A DNA stretch of 28,544 nt from Desulfitobacteriaceae bacterium (GTDB lineage Bacteria; Bacillota; Desulfitobacteriia; Desulfitobacteriales; Desulfitobacteriaceae): the NCBI GenBank assembly GCA_035561015.1, contig DATMYJ010000225.1:1-28544 (forward strand). The letters are read 5' to 3'. Below, one piece after another: positions 1 to 8,524 of this stretch (the stretch's first letter is position 1; each line of letters begins with the position of its first letter). The position numbers and the translations under genes were made by a program. The notes below the pieces were generated by a model. That model made no database searches, had not been told where the DNA came from, and was given only the letters and a program-made list of their open reading frames with translations.

Positions 1-19
1 GTATTTTTACTTTACAATG

Positions 20-48
20 AGTTTAAACGATTATTAATGCCTTGTCAA
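20..48 (-). promoter_or_regulatory. sigmaA-type promoter reading out of the window (left end)
   Basis: Minus strand TTGACA (48-43), 17-nt spacer, TAAACT (25-20), directly after the deaminase stop. Confidence 0.7.
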
Positions 49-62
49 GTTTTGTTCTTATC

Positions 63-1397
63 TCAGTTATTGGAATACTCGACTTTAACCGGTGTCTGAC
101 TGCTCAGCTCAGCAGCTATACTTTTAGCTCTGGTCTCGACCTCATAACAGATCTTCTGCTCATCCAAGGTAAGAAGATTTCTTTCTTCCATAATAATTTT
201 GCCATTGACAATTACAGTCCGGACATCGCCGGCATGAGCTGAGTAAACTAAATGACCAGGGATAGAAAAACGGGGATAAAAATGCGGCTGATCCAGATTG
301 ATACTGATCAAATCGGCCTTATAACCCGGAAGAAGCTGGCCGACCTTATCCAATCCCAATACTTTAGCTCCGCCGGCTGTGGCCATTTCCAAAACCTGAT
401 AAGCCGGAAGTGCTGTACTCTCAACCTGCAGCTTTTGCAGCAGCGAGGCAGTACGCATTTCCCCGAACATATCCATATTATTATTGCTGGAAACACCGTC
501 AGTACCCAAACCGACTGTAACTCCCTGAGCTAATAAAGCCGAAACCGGGGCTATCCCACAATTCAGCTTCATGTTACTTTCCGGATTGTGACTTACACAA
601 ACATTTTTGCGGGCCATTATTTCCATGTCTTCCGGAGTTAAATGAACACAATGGGCTGCTGCTACATGTCTGTCAAAAAGCCCCAGACTATCCAGCCACT
701 GAACAGGTGTCAAACCCAACTTTTGCTGGATATTATTCACTTCATCTCTGGTTTCGGCCACATGAATATTAATACCCACGCCATAACGATCGGCCTCCGC
801 TTTCACCTGTTGCAGAAACTCTCCGGAACAGGTATAGGGGGCATGGGGCCCAAACATCACCGTGATCCTCTTGTCTCCAAGCTGATGATAGTTCTTAATC
901 AGTTCAATATTCTCCTGGAGGGCTTTCTGGCCATTAGGAGCATTGCCGATCATCCCCCGCGCCAGGACTGCCCTGGTCCCAGCTCCCAGCACAGCCTCGG
1001 CAACCTGCTCCATAAACATGTACATATCCAGCATTGCCGTCGTTCCTGATCGAATCATTTCGCAAAGGCCCAGAGCTGTTCCCCAGTAAATATCCTGAGC
1101 AGACATTTTATTTTCAAATGGCCAGATCTTTGTCTCCAACCAGGGCATCAAGGGCAGGTCATCAGCATAACTCCGCAGTAAAGTCATAGCAGCATGGGTA
1201 TGGGAGTTAATAAGACCCGGTAAAAAAACATCATTTGGGTAAGCCAAAATCCGGTCAGGAACAAATCCAGCCGGAGCAGAACCTCTCTCGCCAATTGTAA
1301 GAATATTTTCGCCGTCCAGGGCAATTTCACCTTCAGGGTAAAAATCATCAGGTCCGGTCATAGGTAAGACCATAGCCCTTATCAATATTTTTGCCAT
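63..1397 (-). CDS. mtaD: Amidohydrolase, 5'-methylthioadenosine/S-adenosylhomocysteine/5'-deoxyadenosine deaminase family
   Basis: Metal-binding HxH (NSHTHAAM), GPHAPY, HVAET and GTDG motifs; next to mtnA and the phosphorylase. Start moved to ATG 1397 (AAGGAGGT upstream, long 14-nt spacer); the ORF track uses GTG 1427. Confidence 0.85.
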   Translation of the reverse strand: MAKILIRAMVLPMTGPDDFYPEGEIALDGENILTIGERGSAPAGFVPDRILAYPNDVFLPGLINSHTHAAMTLLRSYADDLPLMPWLETKIWPFENKMSAQDIYWGTALGLCEMIRSGTTAMLDMYMFMEQVAEAVLGAGTRAVLARGMIGNAPNGQKALQENIELIKNYHQLGDKRITVMFGPHAPYTCSGEFLQQVKAEADRYGVGINIHVAETRDEVNNIQQKLGLTPVQWLDSLGLFDRHVAAAHCVHLTPEDMEIMARKNVCVSHNPESNMKLNCGIAPVSALLAQGVTVGLGTDGVSSNNNMDMFGEMRTASLLQKLQVESTALPAYQVLEMATAGGAKVLGLDKVGQLLPGYKADLISINLDQPHFYPRFSIPGHLVYSAHAGDVRTVIVNGKIIMEERNLLTLDEQKICYEVETRAKSIAAELSSQTPVKVEYSNN

Positions 1398-1407
1398 ATC
1401 TGAAGTT

Positions 1408-2064
1408 TCAGACCTCCTTCCCAGCACTGCCTTGTCCGTAGTTTTCCAAATATCCCTTTCTCATCTGTTCCATATCTTCGCTGCTTAAAGATACCGGGGT
1501 TCCCAGCATACGAGAAAAGGCGTGGATCTGAGCGGTTTTTTCTGTTATCTGACAGACCTTTAAGGCTTCCGCCAAGCCCTGCCCCACTCCCACTACACCA
1601 TGATTAGCCAAAAGCACGGCATTTTTTGCAGCCAAAGCAAGAGCAACGGCTTCAGCCAATTCCTGTGTCCCTGTCAAATGATAAGGCGCTACTTCCACTG
1701 CTCCGCCAATAATTTGAACCATATCCTCAACTATACCGGGAATGGCTAACCGGGCCACAGCATGGGCGCTGGCATAAACTGAATGGGTATGTATGATAGC
1801 TGCAATATCCGGACGCCGGGAATAGGTATGTAAGTGCATCAGAAATTCCGTTGAGGGCTTACGGAAACCTTTCATAATCTGACCTTGGCTGTTGATCAGC
1901 ACCAGATCTTTTGTTTTCAGGGAAGAATAATCAATGCCGCTGGGTGTGATCCAGAATCCGGAGCGCCCGGCATCCCAAGCTGAGATATTTCCCAAGGTCC
2001 CCACAACCAAACCGCTGGCCGCCAGATTTTGGCCAATATTGATTATTTCTCTCTTCAATCTCAT
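1408..2064 (-). CDS. Class II aldolase (FucA-like; candidate methylthio-/5-deoxy-ribulose-1-phosphate aldolase)
   Basis: GNIS, ITPSG, PSTE (catalytic Glu), HTH and NHG Zn ligands; ATGA overlap with the mtnA stop. Confidence 0.85.
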   Translation of the reverse strand: MRLKREIINIGQNLAASGLVVGTLGNISAWDAGRSGFWITPSGIDYSSLKTKDLVLINSQGQIMKGFRKPSTEFLMHLHTYSRRPDIAAIIHTHSVYASAHAVARLAIPGIVEDMVQIIGGAVEVAPYHLTGTQELAEAVALALAAKNAVLLANHGVVGVGQGLAEALKVCQITEKTAQIHAFSRMLGTPVSLSSEDMEQMRKGYLENYGQGSAGKEV

Positions 2065-3104
2065 AATCTGACCAGCATTTTAAGCAGATTCACAGCATAA
2101 GGCTGGCCAATAATCCCATTTTCCGTAATAATTCCGGTAATATATTTGGCTGGTGTGACGTCAAAAGCCGGATTATAAACATCAACTTCGGAGGGAGCAA
2201 TCTGGACTCCGCCTATTTCCCGTATTTCCCTGGCAGGACGCTGTTCAATAGGGATCTCCAGGCCGCTGCGCATCTTTAAATCTATGGTGGAGGTTGGAGC
2301 CGCAACATAGAAGGGAATTCCGTGAGCCTGGGCCAAAACCGCCAAAGAGTATGTACCGATCTTATTGGCAGTATCCCCGTTAGCAGCTATACGGTCTGCC
2401 CCTACTATTACCAGGTCAATTTTATCCAAGTGCATTAACCAGCCGGCCATATTATCGGCAATTAAAGTCACAGGGATACCATCCTGCAAAAGTTCCCAGG
2501 AAGTTAGGCGGGCACCTTGCAAAAGCGGCCGGGTCTCATCAGCATAAACATGAATCGTTTTTCCGGCAGTAAAGGCCGTACGGATGACTCCCAGAGCTGT
2601 GCCATACTCTACAGTAGCCAATGCACCGGCGTTACAATGGGTCAGAATGCTTGCTTTATCCGGAACAACCGTATTGCCGTATTCTCCGATAAGCCTGTTC
2701 ATCCTGCGGTCATCCTCAGCAATAGAATTGGCTTCATCGACAAGAGCCACACAGATCAGAGACAGATCTTCCGCCTCACGCATTTCCCGCAAACGATCTT
2801 CCATACGCCGCAAGGCCCAGAAAAGATTAACGGCCGTGGGGCGTGTTGCTTCTAAGCGGGCTTGAACATTTTCCAGATGGGTAAAGAAGTCTTCCTGGGA
2901 GCCTTGAAATTCCAAAGCTCCCAGAGCATAGCCGTAAGCAGCAACAGCTCCTATAGCCGGCGCCCCTCTTACCACCATATTCTCAATCAATTCCGCAACT
3001 TCCAGATAAGACTTTACTTCGCAGTATACTTCTTCTAAAGGTAATTTAGTCTGATCTAAAACCCGCAAAGAACGTCCTAACCATTCAATTGTCTTCACAT
3101 CCAA
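2061..3104 (-). CDS. mtnA: S-methyl-5-thioribose-1-phosphate isomerase
   Basis: VRGAPAIG, RPTAVNL, THCNAG, ETRPLLQGARLT and GADRIAANGDTANKIG motifs; TTG start after AAAGGCGG. Confidence 0.95.
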   Translation of the reverse strand: MDVKTIEWLGRSLRVLDQTKLPLEEVYCEVKSYLEVAELIENMVVRGAPAIGAVAAYGYALGALEFQGSQEDFFTHLENVQARLEATRPTAVNLFWALRRMEDRLREMREAEDLSLICVALVDEANSIAEDDRRMNRLIGEYGNTVVPDKASILTHCNAGALATVEYGTALGVIRTAFTAGKTIHVYADETRPLLQGARLTSWELLQDGIPVTLIADNMAGWLMHLDKIDLVIVGADRIAANGDTANKIGTYSLAVLAQAHGIPFYVAAPTSTIDLKMRSGLEIPIEQRPAREIREIGGVQIAPSEVDVYNPAFDVTPAKYITGIITENGIIGQPYAVNLLKMLVRL

Positions 3105-3113
3105 ACCGCCTTT

Positions 3114-3899
3114 CTAAAACTTACCAAGCTCTACATTGGCTAAGGGGCATGTACAATTCTGTTCTGGTGTCAACATCCTCATCGTCTTCTCGATCAGCTC
3201 AAAAACTGATTGCTCGCTTTGCCGGATTCTTTCCACTACCTCAGCATGGGTCAGTCGGCAAGAGGCAATGCCCGCTGCCTCATTGGTAACTATGCCAATA
3301 GCAGCATAACAGATACCAAGTTCCCTAGCCAAAACAACTTCCGGCACGCTTGTCATGCCAACCACTTCCCCGCCCAGTTTCTGAAACATTCTGATTTCCG
3401 CCGGAGTCTCAAAACGCGGTCCCTCAGTACAGACATATGTCGCTCCGTTCTTGAGGTTCAGGTCAAGCTCCCGGCCTGCCTGCAGGATTACCTGCCGCAA
3501 CTGACTGCAATAGGGATCAGTCAAATCCACATGCAGAACACCCTGATCCCCACCCTCATAAAAAGTCGAGGGTCTGCTTTTGGTGAAATCAAGAAATTGA
3601 TCAATCAAAACCAGATCTTGCAACTTAAAATTCAGGGATAAAGATCCCATGGCCGCTGTGGCCAGGATCTTCCTGACGCCCAGTTCTCTTAATGCCCAAA
3701 GATTGGCCCTGTAGTTGATCAGATGGGGCGGGAAAACATGATTATAGCCATGACGGTTCATAAATACAACATCCAGTGGGCCCAGATAACCCTTCACAAC
3801 CTGAGCACTGCCATAAGGAGTTTCCAGAGTTATCATCTGCTTGTCAGAAAAAGGCAGCGATTCTAAACCCGTCCCCCCGATAAGTGCAAAATCGCTCAA
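3114..3899 (-). CDS. mtnP: MTAP/PNP-family nucleoside phosphorylase, predicted 6-oxopurine (methylthioinosine) type
   Basis: IGGTG, RHG..H..PPH..NYRAN, EGPRFETPAE, VVGMT and C-terminal VTNEAAG; TTG start overlaps the ftsY TGA, RBS GAGGAGG. Confidence 0.88.
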   Translation of the reverse strand: MSDFALIGGTGLESLPFSDKQMITLETPYGSAQVVKGYLGPLDVVFMNRHGYNHVFPPHLINYRANLWALRELGVRKILATAAMGSLSLNFKLQDLVLIDQFLDFTKSRPSTFYEGGDQGVLHVDLTDPYCSQLRQVILQAGRELDLNLKNGATYVCTEGPRFETPAEIRMFQKLGGEVVGMTSVPEVVLARELGICYAAIGIVTNEAAGIASCRLTHAEVVERIRQSEQSVFELIEKTMRMLTPEQNCTCPLANVELGKF

Positions 3900-4828
3900 G
3901 TCGTTCCCTCCTCAGGGCGATTAAAAAGAGCTGCGGCAAAATCCCGGGGTACAAAAGGTCGTAAATCATCCATACCTTCGCCGATGCCAATCCATTTGAC
4001 CGGGATTTTGGTTTCCCCTTGTATTCCCAGCACTACACCCCCTTTGGCAGTGCCGTCAAGTTTAGTTAAAACTATCCCGGTAACGTCGGCAACTTCTTTA
4101 AAGAGCTTAGCCTGCTGTAAGGCATTTTGGCCGGTAGTAGCATCTAAAACCAGCAGGACTTCGTGGGGCGCTCCCGGAATTTCTTTTTCAATAACTCTTC
4201 TCACCTTACGCAATTCTTCCATCAGATTTACTTTATTGTGCAGGCGCCCTGCCGTATCGATCAGAACAACATCAATTCCGCGAGATCTGGCAGCATTGAC
4301 AGCATCATAGGCAACAGCAGCAGGATCGGCCCCTTCTTTTTGTTTGATTACCTCAGCACCGGCCCGCTGCCCCCAGATTTCCAGCTGATCAATAGCCGCA
4401 GCCCGAAATGTGTCAGCAGCAGCCAAAATAACCCGTTTACCGTCCTGTTTTAGTCTGCCGGCTAATTTCCCTATTGTTGTGGTTTTACCAACACCATTGA
4501 CCCCAACCACCAGAAAAACACTGGGGCCGGCAGACGAGAATGACAACGGTTTTTCTTCCCCCAACAAGGAGATTATTTTTTCCATAAGTATCCCGGTTAA
4601 CTGGTCGGCCTCAGATATTTTCCGGACTTTAACTTCCTGACGCAGCTGGTCAACCAACTCCATAGAGGTGTTAAAACCTACATCAGCACCGATTAAAACT
4701 TCCTCCAACTGCTCATATAATTCTTCGTCTATTTTTCTGCGCCCAGTCAGCAGTTCTTCGACACGTTCCACCAGATTCTGGCGAGTCTTGCTTAAACCCG
4801 CTTTAAGTTGCGAAAAAAAGCCTGCCAC
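3896..4828 (-). CDS. ftsY: Signal recognition particle receptor FtsY (short NG type)
   Basis: GVNGVGKTTTIGK, DTFRAAA, DTAGR and TKLDGTAKGG motifs; GTG start with AGGAG; follows smc. Confidence 0.97.
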   Translation of the reverse strand: MAGFFSQLKAGLSKTRQNLVERVEELLTGRRKIDEELYEQLEEVLIGADVGFNTSMELVDQLRQEVKVRKISEADQLTGILMEKIISLLGEEKPLSFSSAGPSVFLVVGVNGVGKTTTIGKLAGRLKQDGKRVILAAADTFRAAAIDQLEIWGQRAGAEVIKQKEGADPAAVAYDAVNAARSRGIDVVLIDTAGRLHNKVNLMEELRKVRRVIEKEIPGAPHEVLLVLDATTGQNALQQAKLFKEVADVTGIVLTKLDGTAKGGVVLGIQGETKIPVKWIGIGEGMDDLRPFVPRDFAAALFNRPEEGTT

Positions 4829-4885
4829 CTTATATTCTCTCCTTTTACTTCTATTTCGTCATTTTATCACAAACAAACCCACCAG

Positions 4886-4948
4886 CTCAATTCCTAATTG
4901 GCACTTCCTGCTTATCCATGGCAAATTGAAACCAGGAACTCGGAATCA
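4886..4948. repeat. Degenerate heptamer array in two opposite orientations (smc-ftsY gap)
   Basis: Plus strand ctcaatt-cctaatt-ggcactt-cctgctt, then gaaacca-ggaactc-ggaatca (reverse orientation). Confidence 0.45.
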
Positions 4949-7900
4949 GGCCTCATCATCCAGGCGCACTGATAATAATCTGGAGACCCCGGATTCTTCC
5001 ATGGTTATCCCATAGAGCACATCAGCAGTTTCCATTGTTCCTTTGCGATGCGAAATGATTACAAATTGAGTTAAATCAGCGAGGCGTCTGAGATAACTCG
5101 CAAACCGCTGAATGTTGGTATCATCCAGAGAGGCCTCAATTTCATCCAGAATGCAAAACGGACTGGGTTTCACCCGCAATAAAGCAAAAAGCAAGGCGAT
5201 GGCTGTCAGCGCTCTTTCTCCTCCGGAGAGGAGAGACAAAGTCTGAGGCTTTTTCCAGGGAGGCTGGGCTATTATTTCTACACCCGAGTTCAACAAATCA
5301 TCAGGCTCAACAAGTCTGAGTTCAGCCTGCCCGCCCACGAACAATTCCCGGAAAACCTCCTGGAAAGATTCATTTACGGCCTTAAATCCTTCCCGAAAGC
5401 GCAGACTCATCGTCTTGTCCAACTCAGCAATAAGTTCTCGGAGAGACTGGTTAGCCTCAGCCAGATCCTGATGCTGGGAACTTAGAAAATCGCGTCTTTG
5501 CAGCATTTTGGGATACTCTTCAATAGCCGCCTGATTGACCGGACCCAAGTCTTCAAGCTGTTTTTTGATTTCCTGTATTTTAGGCCGCAGCAAGTGTTTA
5601 TCTGAAAGAGGCAGATAGGCGGATGTTTCCTGCCAGGATAAGGAATATTCTTCCCATAAATGCCTCGTGCCTGTCTCCCATTCCGCCTGCCAGCGCGCCA
5701 GGCCTAATTCCAGCACGTGGATTTTTTGTTCTAATGCTTTGGTTGCCGGCCTCTGTCTTTGGGCAATCTGCTCCCAGTCATTTAAAGCAAGAGTCAGGTT
5801 TTCCCTTTCCTGGCGCAGCAAGGCCGCAGCCAGCAGGTTCTCCTCCTGCAGCCCTGTCTTTTCTTCAAGATTTTTGAGCAGAATCTCAATCTCCCCATCC
5901 AGCCGGGCACAGTCCGCCTGCGCCTTATTATATTCCGTTTTTTTGTGTTCGATTACTTTTTCTTTTTCCTGCCAGGCAAACTTTTCCTGCAACAATATTG
6001 CAGAGGATAGTTCATATTCTTGTTCCCATTTTGCTGCCTGTATTTTTGAGCTGGTTAGTCTTTCGCTTTGGGCTTCGATTGCCAGCGCACTTTCTTTAAG
6101 CTCGTGTTCCTGCTTGGCAAGTTCGCTGCGAGCAGTGCGGATTTTTTGTTCTATAATTTCCAGCCGCGCGGAAGATATTTTTAGTTTTCCTTCCATTTCC
6201 GCCCGCTCGGAAACTACTTCTCTGTATCTGAGATCGCTTAAAGCAGCTTCTTTCTGCCGGCGTTTACTTTCTTTTTCCAGATTTTCGGTACTGATTTTGC
6301 AATGCAATAATTTTTCCCTTAATTCTTTTTTTTCTTGCCCCACTCTGGCCAGTTCCTCACTCAGTTCCTGCTTGTCGGCCGCTAAGGCAGCACCTGTAAC
6401 CTTCAGATCCTGCAGCTGCAGTTCCAGCAGATCCAATTCCTGACGCAGCCGGCCAATTTCCCGGGAACGCCCCAAGAGATTTTCTCCCCGGCGCTGGTAA
6501 CTCCCCCCGGTCAGGGAACCACCGGGATGAACCTGATCACCCTCCAAAGTCACAATCCGCATGCGATGATGAGTAACAGCCGCTGCTCTGGCAGCCGCCG
6601 GCATATCTTTAACGATTATAATTTTTCCTAACAAAAACTCCAGGGCCGGCCGGAAAATATTATCAAAACGTACCAGATCCAGGGCTATTCCCACAAAGCC
6701 CGGATCAGCACTGATCTCTGCAGGCATATGCTGCCTGTTGGGCTGAATAACATCAAGGGGGAGAAAAGTAGCCCTCCCCAAGCGCCCGGCTTTCAAAAAG
6801 GCAATCGCTTCGTTGGCCTCAGCCATTGTCCGGGCAATAATATTCTGCAAGCTGCCGCCTAAAGAAACCTCCAGCGCCAACTCCAGCTCTTCCTCAACTT
6901 CCAGAAGCTCTGCTACTGTACCGTAAAGAGGAGTGCAAGCAGGAATACCCTGTTTTTTAGCCAGCATGATTTCCTTTACACCCCGCTGATACCCTTCCCG
7001 GGAATCTTCCAAGGTCCGCAGGGCTTGCCAGCGGGCACCTGCTAAGTCAGCTTTTCTGGACAAAACTCGGAAATTACTGCTGTTTTCCTGTAATAATTTT
7101 TCTGTTTGTTCATGCTTGCTCCGCAGAGCAGCTTCTTGCTCCTGCCTGGCTCTGGCCTGTTGCCGGAGAGCAGTCAATTCCAGAGACTGCCTGGCCAGAA
7201 GCCTGCTGTTTGCTTCCAGTTCCTGAGCAGTTTGCCGGCACTCTTGTTCCAGGGAAATACCCTGGTTGTTTAAATTGGCAATTGTCTGACCAAAATTATT
7301 GATCTCATTGCTGCAATTAGCTTTTTGCGTCAGAATCTCAAAAAGCTCAGTTTTAAGGCCTTCCAGTTGTTTGCTTTCATTAGCCATTCGGGCTAACTTA
7401 AGCCTCTGCTCATCTTCAGCCAACTTGCCGGCAGCTTCAGCCAGCCTGCTTTCAAGAACAGCCTGTTTATCTGCCAGGTCTTTGAGCCGGGCGCTCAGAG
7501 CTGTCAGTCTTCTATCTTCAGCACTGATTTCCTGAACCAGTTCAGCGCTTCTTTCCTCCAAATAATTTCGGCGTTCCCGGCGGAGACCGAGCTCCTGAGT
7601 CAGAGAATTGACAGTTTGTTGGGAAAGCTGAACTTTGTTTTCCTGTTCCTGTAAGTTTTGCTCACAGTGATTTAAAGCAACCTTGTGGTGCAGGCAGTTA
7701 TTTTCGGCAGCTGCCAATTCACTTACAACCTGGGCTAAACCGCTTTTCAGTTCATTGGCATCCTCCAGACCAACTGCAAGTTTTTTTTGTACCTCAGCCA
7801 GATCCCGCACGGCCAGTTGAATTTCCAAACGACGTTTTTCCGCCTCAAGGGCCAGACTTTGTTCAGCAATCTTAGCCTGGGCAGCTAATGGTGAAAGCCC

Positions 7901-8524
7901 GGTATCTATTTCCCTCAAAATATCTTCAACCCGCTCCAAGTTGTGTTCAGAATCATCTAACCGTTTTAAGGCCTCCTTTTTACGAACCCGAAATTTCGTA
8001 ATTCCGGCTGCCTCTTCTATAATAAAACGTCTTTCTTCCGTTCTGGAGTTGAGAACTTCATCAACCCTTCCCTGACCAATAATCGAGAATCCCTCTTTAC
8101 CCGCACCGGTATCCATGAAAAGTTCCTGAATATCCCTGAGCCGACAAGGAACGCGATTAATAAAAAACTGTCCTTCTCCATTACGATAAAGACGCCGAGT
8201 GATGGTCACTTCCTGAAATTCCAAAGGGAAAATTCCGGTGATATTATCAAAAACCAGAGAAACTTCAGCCATACCGACCGGACGGCGCTGCAGCGTACCG
8301 GTAAAAATAAAATCTTCCATCTTGCTGCCCCGCAGACTCCTGACACTTTGTTCGCCTAAAACCCAACGAACTGCATCAGCAACATTACTTTTACCACTGC
8401 CGTTTGGTCCGACAACTATATTTAGGCCCGGGCCCAATTCCAATCTGACCCGGTCAGCAAATGACTTAAAGCCCTGGATTATTATCGACTTCAAAAAAAC
8501 AGGGAGATTATTGGCTTCAGCCAT
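4946..8524 (-). CDS. smc: Chromosome segregation protein SMC
   Basis: Walker A GPNGSGKSN, long coiled coils, hinge (GRATFLPL), LSGGE signature, Walker B/D-loop LDEIEASLD. Start set at ATG 8524 behind GGGGGAGGGAG (1192 aa). Confidence 0.97.
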   Translation of the reverse strand: MAEANNLPVFLKSIIIQGFKSFADRVRLELGPGLNIVVGPNGSGKSNVADAVRWVLGEQSVRSLRGSKMEDFIFTGTLQRRPVGMAEVSLVFDNITGIFPLEFQEVTITRRLYRNGEGQFFINRVPCRLRDIQELFMDTGAGKEGFSIIGQGRVDEVLNSRTEERRFIIEEAAGITKFRVRKKEALKRLDDSEHNLERVEDILREIDTGLSPLAAQAKIAEQSLALEAEKRRLEIQLAVRDLAEVQKKLAVGLEDANELKSGLAQVVSELAAAENNCLHHKVALNHCEQNLQEQENKVQLSQQTVNSLTQELGLRRERRNYLEERSAELVQEISAEDRRLTALSARLKDLADKQAVLESRLAEAAGKLAEDEQRLKLARMANESKQLEGLKTELFEILTQKANCSNEINNFGQTIANLNNQGISLEQECRQTAQELEANSRLLARQSLELTALRQQARARQEQEAALRSKHEQTEKLLQENSSNFRVLSRKADLAGARWQALRTLEDSREGYQRGVKEIMLAKKQGIPACTPLYGTVAELLEVEEELELALEVSLGGSLQNIIARTMAEANEAIAFLKAGRLGRATFLPLDVIQPNRQHMPAEISADPGFVGIALDLVRFDNIFRPALEFLLGKIIIVKDMPAAARAAAVTHHRMRIVTLEGDQVHPGGSLTGGSYQRRGENLLGRSREIGRLRQELDLLELQLQDLKVTGAALAADKQELSEELARVGQEKKELREKLLHCKISTENLEKESKRRQKEAALSDLRYREVVSERAEMEGKLKISSARLEIIEQKIRTARSELAKQEHELKESALAIEAQSERLTSSKIQAAKWEQEYELSSAILLQEKFAWQEKEKVIEHKKTEYNKAQADCARLDGEIEILLKNLEEKTGLQEENLLAAALLRQERENLTLALNDWEQIAQRQRPATKALEQKIHVLELGLARWQAEWETGTRHLWEEYSLSWQETSAYLPLSDKHLLRPKIQEIKKQLEDLGPVNQAAIEEYPKMLQRRDFLSSQHQDLAEANQSLRELIAELDKTMSLRFREGFKAVNESFQEVFRELFVGGQAELRLVEPDDLLNSGVEIIAQPPWKKPQTLSLLSGGERALTAIALLFALLRVKPSPFCILDEIEASLDDTNIQRFASYLRRLADLTQFVIISHRKGTMETADVLYGITMEESGVSRLLSVRLDDEA

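Noticed and set aside
252-1049. Plus-strand ORFs antisense to the deaminase
   Set aside because: Shadow frames with no supporting signals.
1408-2064. Annotation as MtnB dehydratase
   Set aside because: Motif context (ITPSG, LLANHG) is FucA-like and no mtnW/mtnX/mtnD genes are present; not fully excluded without a phylogeny.
5667-6443. 258-aa plus-strand ORF antisense to smc
   Set aside because: Ser/Leu/Ala-rich shadow of the coiled-coil codons; no RBS or recognisable motif.
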